Counted from the first letter of the whole stretch, positions 10,686 to 24,040 are shown. The stretch is 63,972 nt of DNA, filler included, from Globobulimina sp. (GCA_003354225.1; 24 parts of 24 records of this genome joined end to end with filler, not necessarily neighbours in it); one strand, 5' to 3'. The notes: generated from the sequence alone by a model not told the origin. Program-made: numbers and translations.

Positions 10686-12032
10686 ATGTTGGCTTCACAT
10701 GAGCATGATACGCATTGGATATTTGATTTTCATTCCAACTCAACAACGGCGCAATACGGCATATCGTATCTAATACTAACCTCATTGAGTATCATTTATT
10801 TTTCAATAATGTGTGTCTTAACAATATCAACATTGTGGTGCACAAAAAATAAAGTCAATAATCCAATACGTATAATATCAACAATACACACAATATCGTA
10901 TATATTGTCATATTTACTGATTGGCACAATGTTTTTTTTACCGTCTTATTCAATAATAAATTGGTATACGTTTTTTTATATAATTCATTCAATATTTTTT
11001 AGTTTGGGCCATTTATCATTTTACATTTTTTTATTATTACAAGTGTATTACGCATTTGTCGACAACAATTTCCATGGATCTATCTATACAGTTTCCGTTG
11101 CTATGATGTATGGACATTGTGTATTATTTGTGATTGATATTATTTTATTTATCTGCATTTGGTATTTTTGGTATACAACATGGTATACAAATAAATATAT
11201 TTTGGTTTTTGTGGTTTTGTCAGTTGTCGCAGGAATATTATTATTATTTTCCATATTCCATTTTATATACACGTTCAATAGCAAATTATTGCTATTTACT
11301 ATCAATTTAGGATCGTCCGCAACAAATTTGAATCATCGACAAATAGAATTAATTAATGTAATGACAAAACAATCCGTATTGTGGTGCTACTCATTATTTG
11401 TAATAATATCATTGATTATAATCGCAATATTTTTATTTGTGTTTAAGAAATTACTTATTTTTGATTTAAATACAGAAACAATGTCATGTATACTTCGATG
11501 GTTTGTATTAATTGAACGAATCACTGAACAAAGTGCCATATATTTATCATTTATTATGAATGATAAAATATATATTAAATTATGTCAGAAATGCCATTTT
11601 TTACTACAAGATCACTGTCATAAATTAGCTGAAAAAAAGATAACACAACAAAGTAAAAAAAAAGATGCAAATTTGCCACCAATAAAAAATCCAAATTTAA
11701 AAACAAATATAAAATCTAATTCAAGCGTAGAAATACTGGGCATTGAGGACAAAGAAGCCAAAGAAAAAGAAAACGACGAATCATTTTTATCGATCACTGA
11801 TGATGATGATGAACAAAACGATGATATCATTGGACCAATACCGGTACCGGTACGAGATATAAATATTACTGCTACCAATACTGGTCAGTGTGGAATAAAT
11901 GTTGGCCAAATGCATGGCGGGCAAATAAGCGGAAGTACCACATATTTATCTGCCACTGCCACTGTTACGGTTACTGTGACTGATACGAATACAAATTCAC
12001 ACACATTATTTCCATCTGCGCAATGCATTTAA
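10686..12032 (+). CDS. 7TM GPCR-like membrane protein
   Basis: About 7 hydrophobic helices, a CxxCH motif after the last helix and a long polar tail; no introns. Confidence 0.7.
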   Translation: MLASHEHDTHWIFDFHSNSTTAQYGISYLILTSLSIIYFSIMCVLTISTLWCTKNKVNNPIRIISTIHTISYILSYLLIGTMFFLPSYSIINWYTFFYIIHSIFFSLGHLSFYIFLLLQVYYAFVDNNFHGSIYTVSVAMMYGHCVLFVIDIILFICIWYFWYTTWYTNKYILVFVVLSVVAGILLLFSIFHFIYTFNSKLLLFTINLGSSATNLNHRQIELINVMTKQSVLWCYSLFVIISLIIIAIFLFVFKKLLIFDLNTETMSCILRWFVLIERITEQSAIYLSFIMNDKIYIKLCQKCHFLLQDHCHKLAEKKITQQSKKKDANLPPIKNPNLKTNIKSNSSVEILGIEDKEAKEKENDESFLSITDDDDEQNDDIIGPIPVPVRDINITATNTGQCGINVGQMHGGQISGSTTYLSATATVTVTVTDTNTNSHTLFPSAQCI

Positions 12033-12213
12033 ATATATAATATTTTTTATTTTATGTTGAATTTTTAAAATACTCCATTTGTTTTGTTGATTTTGTCAAA
12101 AATGTAAATTAATTCAGTGTGTTTATTTGGACTAAATATCTGTCCATTGGACTAGTTTTTGTGGACTAGTCTAACATTTGACATTTTTTGTGGAGTAGTC
12201 TAGAAAATCAGTA

Positions 12214-13194
12214 ATGAGCTCTAGCTTGTTCGAACATCCTTGGTATTGGTTTGCAAATACTATTATTGCATCTTTAAGCACACTGATATTAGTAATATTA
12301 TGTATTATCCATTCGCACAATGTGACAAAAACGTTGACAACCAAAAAAGTAATAACATCAAATATGACTGCGAACAAACGCAAAACGTATAAATTAGCGT
12401 CAATATGTACTGTCATAGCAATTACATTATTTTCAGCAGTAATGCTATTAACATCAATTGTATCATGGTCGTTTGCTTACAGATATTGCCTTGTTTTAAC
12501 TACATTTTCGACTGTATTCTATGCGTCTGCTAAATTAATAATGTATTTAATATTTTTACTTCGATTGGATATGATTTATAGTGATACGATATGTGAATAT
12601 CCACGGAAATATTTAATAATTGCAGCGGTGGTTACTGTTTTGTATGCAATAACATTATCCGTTGTGCATATATTTACATACTCCGTTCATCCATATGTTT
12701 ATCATCATATTATATTACCAGCAATTAAATGTAACAGTATATATAATAAACATTTAATTATTGCATTTGGGTTATTTGACCTGATTGCCAGTCTGTGTTT
12801 TATCATTGCATTTGTGCGCCCACTGCACAGATTGGTTTCCGCCACAGCTCACAAAACAGATGATAACAAAAGTGCGAATCCGGAAGAACAATCTGGAAAA
12901 GGTAAAATAAATGAAGATATCATTAGGTTAAGTTATAAAACAACAATATTGACGGCATCTGCATGTGTTTCAACCATCATTTTATTAATATTTATTGGAT
13001 TATCACCAATCGGTCATATCTGCGTTGGAATTGATGCAATAATAAACGTAATAAGTTTGATGTTAATGACATCTTATTACAAAAAAAATAAGTATTTTAA
13101 TATTTTATGTTGTTGGGTGATAATATTTTGTAAATCCTCAATAGCAAACAATCGGAATGAGATTTCAAAACATTTACATGTAGAGACTTGCTAA
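12214..13194 (+). CDS. 7TM GPCR-like membrane protein
   Basis: About 7 TM helices. TM3 C...FYASAKLIMYLIFLLRL, TM5 DLIASLCFIIAFVRPL, TM7 IDAIIN. Confidence 0.75.
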   Translation: MSSSLFEHPWYWFANTIIASLSTLILVILCIIHSHNVTKTLTTKKVITSNMTANKRKTYKLASICTVIAITLFSAVMLLTSIVSWSFAYRYCLVLTTFSTVFYASAKLIMYLIFLLRLDMIYSDTICEYPRKYLIIAAVVTVLYAITLSVVHIFTYSVHPYVYHHIILPAIKCNSIYNKHLIIAFGLFDLIASLCFIIAFVRPLHRLVSATAHKTDDNKSANPEEQSGKGKINEDIIRLSYKTTILTASACVSTIILLIFIGLSPIGHICVGIDAIINVISLMLMTSYYKKNKYFNILCCWVIIFCKSSIANNRNEISKHLHVETC

Positions 13195-13463
13195 TATATT
13201 TATTGTGCGAGGAAGTAATATAAGTTTAGAAAGCAGTATAAAAGTGAAGTAAGCAANNNNNNNNNNNNNNNNNNNNNNNNNNNNNNNNNNNNNNNNNNNN
13301 TTAATTAATTAANNNNNNNNNNNNNNNNNNNNNNNNNNNNNNNNNNNNNNNNNNNNAATTGTAGTGTACTTGTCAAGAATACTGTTATTTAGTATTCTTG
13401 TACTTGTGGTTAACACTGGGCTTATATATCAGTGTGGAACTAGTACCGTCAACAACAGGAAGA

Positions 13464-15927
13464 ATGAAACAAACTTTCGTATGCGCCACTTTGTGGTTAT
13501 TGTATTGGATTCCATTGATGCATGCCATCCCAGAAACAATATCATTCAAAACATCTGTCACCAAATTACCAGTCCCACTCTATGATCATATCGTATCCTC
13601 GTACAATGATCAACTATTTATGATTGGAGGCTATACAGCAAATAACACTGAAAATAATGATATTTATTCCACACAAACTGCACTATTACACAAAACATCT
13701 AATTTTACACAAACGCAAACGTCACCGGATCTACTCTATCCATACCACATTGAGTGTAGTTTCCGTTGTTCTGCGACCATCAATGACTCAGTCTACATTT
13801 TTCAAACTGATCCAATAAGAAGTGATTTATATAAAATGTTAATATATAACATGAGCAGCCATAGTTTTATCCCATCCAACACATATTATGGTGAAATATC
13901 CAGTGAATTATTAGGTGATTCTACTTTCAACACACTAAATCCGTGGGATTTCTGGTTACCTGACAACGGTGAACTTTATAATGGATGTATTGGATTTGAT
14001 GATAATTATATTTGGATCCTAAGTGCAACAAAAGATGGATATCTCATGATTGGGTCAATGAGTGGGACATCATTTAATTCAGTCACGTATTCCATAGCTG
14101 ACAATATGTGGTTTTGGTCCAGTTTTGGGTCGGACCTCAAATTGGAAGCAATGGGCTGTGCTGTGGTCGATGGGATATTATATTCCTTTGGCGGCAGAAT
14201 TTTGAGCAATCAGCAGGAAGTCGGTTACATACAAATTTGTACTACTCCAAATATACCACAATATATTGGTTTCTGTTCGACACAATTGGAGCAATTACAA
14301 TATGATCGAAGTGATTTATATGTACAAGGCATGCAAAATATTCTCTTTTTTTTTCAAATTGATTCGTTTTCGCGCTTTCAAACTCTGGATCCGGATTAAT
14401 GTTTTTGTTACACAGTGACTCAAAGCAAGCAATTTTTGATTATTTATGGAGGGACAACATTTGCGGCCCAACGCAATATCGAAATATTTGATATTTTTCA
14501 CGGCAAAATGTATCCAGCCATTGTTACAGAAGATTTGATGATTCATAATTTTGGGTCTATAATTTTGAATGATATACTAATGATAATTGGTGGTATTAAT
14601 GGACCGATAATTGGCGGTCTTAATGAAACTGAGTATGTTTTGGATGACATTAAATATGTTACAATGACAAAGTTATTCGAAACAGAATACATTGTACCTA
14701 ACTTTTCCTGTGTCACGAGTTACAATGCAGACAGTAAATTAGTTCCTGTTGACAAGTATTTATTTGGCAATGACGACAAAACATTAATATTTGATGTGAT
14801 TGGATATTTTAAAGTGGCGACGTATCCTGCAAATTGGGTCTATCTCAGTTTCACATTTTCGCGACAAACGCAGTCCATTGCAAATATTAGACTCGATGGC
14901 CAGGATGTACGATCAGGTGATAATGTGAAGTATGTAACCAATCGAAGACTAAATATGCAAAATATATCCATCGATACAGAAATTGATATGATGTCCAACC
15001 ACAGCTCATTTTGGTTGACATGGAAAGCAGATGTTGATGAAAACGGAGATCCCATAACTTTGACCTTTTGGAAATTAGGAGTTGGGCATGTTGTGAATGA
15101 ATACAATGTACTCAGTTATCCAGCACAATCTAATGATGATTTGTATGATGAGGGCTTCTTTCAAACGCCATTCATCTCCGGCTTTGATAATATTACTTTG
15201 CTGTATGGAAAGTATATGTTTTATACAGATAGCTGTTCATTACAATTGTCGATGAGTTTTACAGTAAGCAGGCTGTGGAATTTTACAGAGTCTGGATATG
15301 GTAATTTAACTAATTTTGATAATTTTAATGTCGGAGATAGATTGAACATAAATTGGACATTGTCAGAAGCCACATCGTTATTAGTACCAATAATATTTGA
15401 ATCGGACACTATTGGCTCTATTCATCATAAAATGTTTGTCAATGAGGATGGTTGTAATCTATGTTCAAATGGCAGTGAACAATGTTATTTATGTGCTGAT
15501 GGTATTTTAATTGATGATCTCCGCACATATAATATAGACCAGAATGAGTACGAAATATACGTTTCTTCGCCACTCGATGGGCTTACTGTATTACCAAATA
15601 ATCCATTGCCATTAACTAGAGCTGTAATGGAAGTAAAAATATTATTCGATTCTGATGGGATATATCCCGGAGCTGAACTGTACATAATACCAATAATTAA
15701 TTACCAAAATGGCATATCACAGTCAAATGGTACTATACAATTAACATTTGATGCTGATTTTGGATTCGATGACGATGAGGCTCAAATATTGATTGATTTC
15801 GATACTGATTCGTGCATTGTTACCTATGATAATCATAGCATTGACTGCTTGGATGCTATTTTAATTCCACACGAAATGGCAATACAACCTATTTCCCAAA
15901 ACGAATATTTTATCCAAATTCAATCTT
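13464..15927 (+). CDS. Secreted/surface Kelch-repeat beta-propeller protein, 3'-truncated; one intron (about 14329-14415)
   Basis: Signal peptide MKQTFVCATLWLLYWIPLMHA. Kelch motifs LFMIGG, ILYSFGG, LIIYGG, LMIIGG. Confidence 0.7.
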
Positions 15928-16027
15928 NNNNNNNNNNNNNNNNNNNNNNNNNNNNNNNNNNNNNNNNNNNNTTAATTAATTAANNNNNNNNNNNNNNNNN
16001 NNNNNNNNNNNNNNNNNNNNNNNNNNN

Positions 16028-16227
16028 GCAATACCAGATCCCCCACAAATTACACATCTTCCTTGATATGAACCATAATTGCATTCATCGCAGATTCTTA
16101 CCAATGTACATGGCCGGACATATGAATCACACACAACACATCGACCGTCACATTTATCACATAATCTACCGATTGCAATCCCAGGTTGTTTACGACACAT
16201 TATCAAATCCGGATGATGTTTTGCCAT
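16028..16227 (-). CDS. PHF5A: PHF5A/Rds3 (SF3b splicing factor subunit), 3'-truncated
   Basis: [63 protein letters not shown] is nearly identical to the conserved PHF5A sequence. Confidence 0.98.
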
Positions 16228-16264
16228 TATTAGTTAGAAAAGATTTCTTGACAAAAAACCAAAT

Positions 16265-18430
16265 ATGAGCTTCGTCTCAGCATTTGAAAGCAGGCTGAAT
16301 CTAAATGCGGTCCAAGGATTAGTTAAGTTGGGCCATTACGAGAAGGAAGGTTTATCATTAGCGTTAGGAACTACATCATGGAATATTGTGATTATTTCTC
16401 CTCATTCAGCAATTCAAGAATCCGCATCTGGATCATCACTAAAAAAAAGATTAGCAATTAACCGTGATATTACCGCAATTGAAACAGCTAATTTTGATGA
16501 AAATATTGATATTTTATTAATTGGCACTACAACTAATTTGTTGGCATATAATGTTGAAACAAATTCGGATATATTTTACAAAGACATACCAGATGGAGTG
16601 AATTCAATTTTATTTTGTTCGGAATTGTCGCATTTTTCAAATGGTATAAAACAACCAATAGTTATTATTGGCGGTAATTGTTCAATTCAGGCATTTGATG
16701 GAATGGGAGAAGAAGTGTTTTGGACAGTTACTTCTGACAACGTTGTTTGTATGGTTTTGTGTGATATTGATAATGATGGAATAAATGAATTATTAATTGG
16801 TTCGCAAGATTGTACAATTAAGGCATTCAAAGGAGAACAAGTTATTTATTCAATAACAGAATCCGATGTAGTTACACATTTACAAAGTTTAGGCAATGAC
16901 TGTTATTCATATGCTTTAAAAAATGGAACCGTTGGAGTTTATGTTGGAAATACTAAATTATGGAAAATACAAAATAAAGAAAAAATAACTACGATGAATG
17001 CATATAATATTATTAGTGATAATGCACAAGAAACGATAAATTGTTTAATGGTTGGTTGGAGTAACGGTTTGATTGAAGCTCGAAAAATTGAAAACGGAAA
17101 AGTAATTTGGCGCAATTTAGTGATTGACGATAGATATTCAGACGAGAGCGTTGCTGGAATTGTTTGTGGTAATTTGCGCGGAAATGATAGAAGCAGAAAT
17201 TCCCAAATTATTACTGTATCAACGAAAGGTGTTTTAACTGCATGGATTCCAAAATTAAAATCAATTGATAATGAGAACGATTTTGAGAATAAAGAAGATA
17301 TAGAAACATTTATTATGGAAAGAGATGAGTTGCGCGACGAATTGAAATATTTACGATCAAATTTTAAAACCTTGTCTTCAGGAAATATGAATGATCCATC
17401 TCTTATTCCATCCAATACGGAAATATCATGTACTTTAACCCCATCCATTGAGAAAAAAAGATTATTATTAATTATGAATACAAATAATTGCACAGTAATT
17501 AAATCCGCAGTAATTTATGGCGATAAAGTATTTACGAATGGTTGTTTTATGTTAGTTCCATCAGAACCCAAATCATCAATAATTTTGCCATTAAAATTTG
17601 AAAAAGATTTGCAATGTAATTTATCAATCAAAGCCATTGTTGGTCATTTATCATCATCGCAAAACCATGTATTTGAACTTTCGCATCGAATTCCTCGCTT
17701 TGCATCTTATTTATATGTGGCAACGGCGTCAATTCCGAAAGGAAATCAAGCAATATCGTATACAACATTTGTTTGTTCGGAAAGAATAAACCGATTAATA
17801 TTGTGGCTGAATCAAGCATTTTTATTAGAATATGAACAAAATACCAAAAAAACAATTGATATCTCATTTGTGTCATTGCGAAATGGTGAATATATAACTT
17901 TGCAATGTGATCATAATCAAAATATTAAATTAATTACAGACAATATAAATTTGTGTGGCAATATAATACAAGATATTGCCCAATATTTAAGCATTACAGA
18001 ATTACAATCGGTATGTTATTTTAATGAACATTTTAAAGAGTTAAAAAATACCATGGTCAAAGTTGGGGAATATAATGATATTCGAAACAAATTAAGTGTT
18101 GATATTGCATCAAATACAGCAATTATTAAAAATTTAATTGTTAAATCACAAGATTCGAGAATTCAAAAAAATTATTCTTTATTTAAAAAACAATTTTCCC
18201 ATTTATTTGATATTAATAATGAAATGTGTTCAGAATTTATTAAGAGACAAAATAATCATAAAAATTTGATAAATTCATTAAAATTAATTAACAAAACAAT
18301 TGAACAAATCTCAAGATTGAGAGTTGGAAAATATCAAAAAATGACGGTTAGTTTAGCAAGACAAGCGGTCAAAACTAAGAATATTGATTCTTTAATAAAT
18401 GTGTTGCATTCTGTGTCATCTCAAGATTAA
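16265..18430 (+). CDS. BBS2: Bardet-Biedl syndrome 2 BBSome subunit
   Basis: LLAYNVETNSDIFYKDIPDGVN, IIGGNCSIQAFD..GEEVFWTVT.DNV, DIDNDGINELLIGSQD, HVFEL..RIPRF, ERINR...WLNQAF, RLRVGK; 721 aa. Confidence 0.95.
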   Translation: MSFVSAFESRLNLNAVQGLVKLGHYEKEGLSLALGTTSWNIVIISPHSAIQESASGSSLKKRLAINRDITAIETANFDENIDILLIGTTTNLLAYNVETNSDIFYKDIPDGVNSILFCSELSHFSNGIKQPIVIIGGNCSIQAFDGMGEEVFWTVTSDNVVCMVLCDIDNDGINELLIGSQDCTIKAFKGEQVIYSITESDVVTHLQSLGNDCYSYALKNGTVGVYVGNTKLWKIQNKEKITTMNAYNIISDNAQETINCLMVGWSNGLIEARKIENGKVIWRNLVIDDRYSDESVAGIVCGNLRGNDRSRNSQIITVSTKGVLTAWIPKLKSIDNENDFENKEDIETFIMERDELRDELKYLRSNFKTLSSGNMNDPSLIPSNTEISCTLTPSIEKKRLLLIMNTNNCTVIKSAVIYGDKVFTNGCFMLVPSEPKSSIILPLKFEKDLQCNLSIKAIVGHLSSSQNHVFELSHRIPRFASYLYVATASIPKGNQAISYTTFVCSERINRLILWLNQAFLLEYEQNTKKTIDISFVSLRNGEYITLQCDHNQNIKLITDNINLCGNIIQDIAQYLSITELQSVCYFNEHFKELKNTMVKVGEYNDIRNKLSVDIASNTAIIKNLIVKSQDSRIQKNYSLFKKQFSHLFDINNEMCSEFIKRQNNHKNLINSLKLINKTIEQISRLRVGKYQKMTVSLARQAVKTKNIDSLINVLHSVSSQD

Positions 18431-18699
18431 TATAAAAAAAACAGAGTTGCGCAATAGACAAATATCATTTTGATGACTGCCTGAATAGTTTCGACAGATT
18501 GCTTTATTTTTAAAAGCCAAAAAAACACCAACTACGTATACTCAAAATTCAACTGACAAACAGTATTATCATGTCAGCAATACAATTATTAGACAGTANN
18601 NNNNNNNNNNNNNNNNNNNNNNNNNNNNNNNNNNNNNNNNNNTTAATTAATTAANNNNNNNNNNNNNNNNNNNNNNNNNNNNNNNNNNNNNNNNNNNNA

Positions 18700-21269
18700 T
18701 CAAAATACAAAGATTGCAACCATTATTACGATCAACCGATAGATATTTGTTTTTCATCCCACTCATCCAAAGGCTTATTATCGTATAAATATACATGTTC
18801 CATAAATTCAACCTCACATTCAAATGCTATCATATTCCACACATTCAACAACACCGACTCCTGCAAATCCTCCTCATTAATAAATTCAACCTTAGTTTAC
18901 AATCTGTCCACGTCCGATTATAACAGTTCTAGCAATACAAAAAGCAGTCCATTCATCTCATGTCGCGGTGATAAATCCTGTCCATTTTTTAGAGGCAGAT
19001 ATTTTATCACCAAAATCTTAACCGATTCGCCCACCTCAGATCCGACGCGATATCCGTCCACAATTCCTACACCATCGCCTAGTCACAATCCAACAGTAAT
19101 AAATGGCACATTATATCCATCACCGTCACCTACAAGAATCCCGTCCATATCCCCTACCAATATACCATCATTCTCTCCAACTACAAACAACACATTTTCT
19201 GCCAGCATCCCACCCACTGCATCCCCGATAGATTATGGCCCATATTTAGCAAATGAAACCTGTGCGAAAACACCTCTTAATGATTATTATCAAGATGTTG
19301 TATATGTTATTGATGTTTGTATGCCGGTATACACTGAAAATAACACTGTATACAATGGGTATAACAAAAATAATACATTTATATCGCGGAAATGTAGCAA
19401 AGATTCTTATGGCAATCTACTGTTTATCAAAAGTATTTTATTTGGCAATTCAACCTGTAATAATTCAATAATTGAGGACTCGCAAGACATTGTCTATGAT
19501 GCTGGCGAATGTTATAATGTTAGCTATGAATCTGACAAATATGATGATATCAAGTACATTGCGGCAGACTCCGAGCGAGATTATTACAAATTATTTATCT
19601 TAGAATGTAATTATATCAGTGACTCTATGTTGCCCTCTGACGAGTATTTCTTTTACGAAATCGATTTAATCGCATCATGGATAATCTTCATGCTCTCCTC
19701 GTTGATGTTATTGGTGTACACTTTATATATCATCAAATCCTGTCGAAGAGTGCAAAAACGGCAAACGCAATACAATGAGAGTGGCATTCTTGTATTGGAC
19801 GACAATTTCAGTGAATCGAGGCTTGCGGTGCTCACATTTCAATGGTTTGCGTTGTTTACATTGTTCTTAAATGCTGTGTTTAATTATTTAAGTTACGCTC
19901 TATATCCTGGCACACAAAATGTTGTCAACGTTTCCAGACTGTTCCTCATTTTGAATGTTGTGCTATTTTGCAACAAAAATGTCAGATTCGTGGAGTATCA
20001 TCGATTTGGAGGACGAGGACCAGTGCAATTTGATGATGTCGGCGCTCGATCTGACCTGGCATTGGGGAAAGGGCTTTTTTTATATCTCATTGATGTCGCG
20101 GATTGTGCTGATTATGGAAGGGCTGTCTGACCGATATGCGATCCCGCCGAAGATATTGAAACTGTTTGCTTTCGAGATTGTGGCCTATTTCCTGTTGACG
20201 CCCATTTTAGATTTGGTGACCACGCGCGCCGACCACCACTTGTATCAATTTACAGACGAACGGGGAGAGCCTGACGAGATTTTTTATGTTTGCGGCGAGA
20301 TTATCGAATATTGGATCTCTTTCTTGTTATTATTTGGCGACTTGGTGCTGTCCTGCAGCACCATTGCGATTTATCTGTATGCGTTGGGCGAGCTCATTAT
20401 AGAACCGATCCGAAATCAGAAGTTGATTGACATTGTGATACGGTACGGCATTTTTACCATATTCGCGGCGATATTTATCATGATTGGCAACGGGATTTGG
20501 GCCACAAATAATGTGTCCGTTTGCAGATATATTGACTGCATATTTATTACATTCAGGTATGTTTGCTGCATTAATTTTGTTGCCTCTGTTTGCTGTTTAC
20601 GTACAGTAATACTTTCTAAATAGCATAATGTTCATGTTATCGCTGTGCACTTCCTGTTATTTGCAATGTTGCAGTAACTGCCACAAAAAATATCGCACGT
20701 CGTACATTATGCACTTCTTAGACATCAAAGAAAAACTCATCGCCAAAGAATTGAAAGAGATTAAGAATAATCCAAAATATATTCTAAAATCGTACGATAC
20801 CTCCTTCGACGAGAAATTGACCCAAATCTTATCAGTCAAAAACTTGGCCTCTGCCTCCATCGATCGGTACCACCAAAACGTGGCCATACACCACGCAAAC
20901 TCCTCCGTCAAATCCAAGCGCAAATTGCGCAAAATCAAGAAAAAGCTGCGCCGGCAATGGAGCGCGATGAGCGCTGACCGTGGCGGGGCCAGCACGGTCA
21001 AATTGGACAACCGCGACTTGCAAACCATGGAAAAGTTGCTGACGTTTGCCAGTAACAGCAAGTTCAAAAAAAATGACGATTCCAAGCAATTTGCAGAGCA
21101 AAAGAACCAATATTTGGCCTCCGACGATGAGGAGAATACGCAGTCGGTGTCTGTCAAGAGAGTGCGTAACAAAAACGCATTGAAGCAGAACCATGGCTTA
21201 TTGTCGCATTTGGATCCGAGTGAGTCGAACTTGCCAACTTCGCTGACCATCGCCATCCATTCCAGCGTG
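18700..21269 (+). CDS. Membrane receptor-like protein: Cys-rich/PT-repeat ectodomain + about 7 TM + basic tail; truncated at both ends; two introns (about 19930-19985 and 20557-20623)
   Basis: Frame open from the contig start. P-T/S repeats at 19020-19230, multiple TM helices and a CCSNCH motif after the last TM. Confidence 0.6.
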
Positions 21270-21572
21270 NNNNNNNNNNNNNNNNNNNNNNNNNNNNNNN
21301 NNNNNNNNNNNNNTTAATTAATTAANNNNNNNNNNNNNNNNNNNNNNNNNNNNNNNNNNNNNNNNNNNNCAATTGACTAAGTGCTTGTTTATTATTTAAG
21401 TAGTAGAAGATAAGAAAAAGTTAGTTGACTTTGGTCAATTCTAAATAATGCTTCATATTGTAGAACCATGACATTATAAAAATAAAAATATAAACAATAT
21501 ATCATGCGACAGTCACAGACAACAAAAAAATCATACAACAAAAAAAAGGAGTTTCATTTATTTTTTAAAGTT

Positions 21573-23923
21573 TTATCTTTTTGATCGATACAACAATTCC
21601 AAAGCAAGCCATGCAACAAAAAAATAAGTAACACACCAAACAATTAACATCATCCAATCGTAACCAACGTCATCTATATTCATACCAAAAAATCCCAAAA
21701 AAAATTCACCAGAAATCCTCACATCAGTTTTTTCCGAATCAAATGAGATGTCAGTCCCTCCGATGCTAACTGTTGCAGAGTCGATTCTGAATGAAAGTCC
21801 TTGAAACTCATTGACCATTAATATCTCAAATGCAAAATTATAAAAAGACAGTTCTTTCGGCCATTGAATCCAGGCAGGAATCTTAGATTCGTCTTGAATA
21901 AAAACGCCGCCATATAACATAAATAACATATTTAGAAAAATGGCCACGAAGCCAGCAATATACGCATCCGGCATCAATGAAGAAATGGTAAATACACACA
22001 ATGAGCTCACAACAGACAATATGATAACCACTGACATAAAATCTCCAAATGTCTGCTGTTGTAATCCTAACATATCAAATAAAATATAACCAAACAACAC
22101 CGACGGTACAATCCGCAATAAACACAAATCCGGGATGCTCCGAGCAAATAAAAAAGGCGTAGCACCGTACAATTTGCCATTCCTATCATCAATAAAAACG
22201 TCACGTATTTCATGAAAGGTTCCACTGGCTGCAATCGCTTGGATTCCAATGAAAATACAAATAAACCCAAATGCACCAAATCTATTTTGAATGTCATCCT
22301 GTTTCTCGCTCATTTTCCCGTAAATGCTGCCTAATACAAAAGCCGCGGCCACACTGATTATTACATTAAATACAAATATCCACCATTTACGATAATAATA
22401 TCGCAATGTCCGCATTGATAAACCAATAAATGCCCAAAATGCGTGTATATAAGTCTCACATTGCACAAATGACTGACAATAATCTCCCACATCACAGCCA
22501 AATATGTTATTTATATCAAATGTACAGATTTTCTTCTCCAAATTCAAATTGTCTGCTAAAGAATCGATTATTTTATTGTCGAATGAGGTATATTTATTGT
22601 CTCTATATTTTAACCAATGCTCATATAATTTAGGTGTTGTTGATAAAAATTCAGTTTCTAATAAATAATCCGCTGCATTTCCTGTATTATGTCCGTCAGA
22701 TATAATGTCTGTGATTAATAACCGTAATAAATTATTATTTATGTGGTACCGGTTCTCATCATCGATAATATTCACATTGTAGATATTATTCAAATTTTGA
22801 ATTACTACCATATCAAAATATTCATCAATTACTGGTGTATACGTGTCATCATTCTTAGTTTCGTGATCCTCGCCATTTGATTCTGTTCTTATTCTAACAA
22901 CGTCCTTTCCTTTCAAATATTTATTATTCGCGATCGCGTTCTGTGCGTCGATGGGTTGCGTTAACGTTAATTTTGATACTATTTCGTTTAAAAATATATC
23001 ACGGCATTTAAATGCGTCCGGTAACGATCCCTTGTTTGCAAATATAATAAACAGTATATTATTTGTGCGAGGATAATATTATTACTACATACCATGTAAA
23101 GCAACAATCCATCCTTCAGTGATAATATCCACTCCATGCAGTCACAAATGCGTTTATGTGGCTGATGTATAGACATAATAACCGTGCAATTGTGTGTTTT
23201 GACAATACGTCGCAACGTTTGTACAATACTCAAAGCATTTGGTGTATCCAGGCCAGAGGTTGGCTCATCGAGCACTAAAATGTCCGGCTGGGTCATTAAT
23301 TGCATGGCTATGGAGACACGTTTCAATTCACCGCCAGATAAATATCGAATCTGTCGGTCACGAACACCGCTTAAATTTAATGTTGATAATACTTTGCTGA
23401 TTCTGTCAGAAATGACATTGAAACGTGATTTATTTGATGTGGTGCCATCGGGATTCAGTGAATTGTAGGTCACAGAAGAGGAGAATCGTAATATTTCGTA
23501 TACTTTTTCTGTTTCTGAGATATGTGGGATCTGAGAAACAAATGCAATTTTTTTACTCGAAACAGCAACACTTCCAGTTTTTGTGCCGGACTTTGGAATC
23601 CCAGCTAATAAGCCTAAGAGTGTCGTCTTTCCGGCACCACTTTGCCCAATGATTCCACATAAACAATTTACCGGTATATATCCGGAAGCATCTCGAATTA
23701 TCTCTACTTTTTTACATGGTGCATCTCGAAGGAATGGTGAAAATTTGGTAAATTTTGTGATTGAATAAGTAAGATTTTGAAAAACGACGGCATGCTCATC
23801 TTTCTCCTTATATTGCACAACGCCTATTGTCGACATGTGCCTATTTACAGTTATGGATTCATTCTGCAAATTTTGATCTGTTTCAGTTGGTTCTTCGCGT
23901 GTTTCCAGTTCAATTTCAGTCAT
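21573..23923 (-). CDS. ABCG: ABCG-family half transporter; intron about 23031-23092
   Basis: Walker A GQSGAGKT, signature LSGGELKRVSIA, LDEPTSGLD, SIHQP and a C-terminal ABC2 membrane domain (AFEILMVNEF). Confidence 0.93.
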
Positions 23924-24040
23924 GGTTTGTTGCTATTGATNNNNNNNNNNNNNNNNNNNNNNNNNNNNNNNNNNNNNNNNNNNNTTAATTAATTAANNNN
24001 NNNNNNNNNNNNNNNNNNNNNNNNNNNNNNNNNNNNNNNN

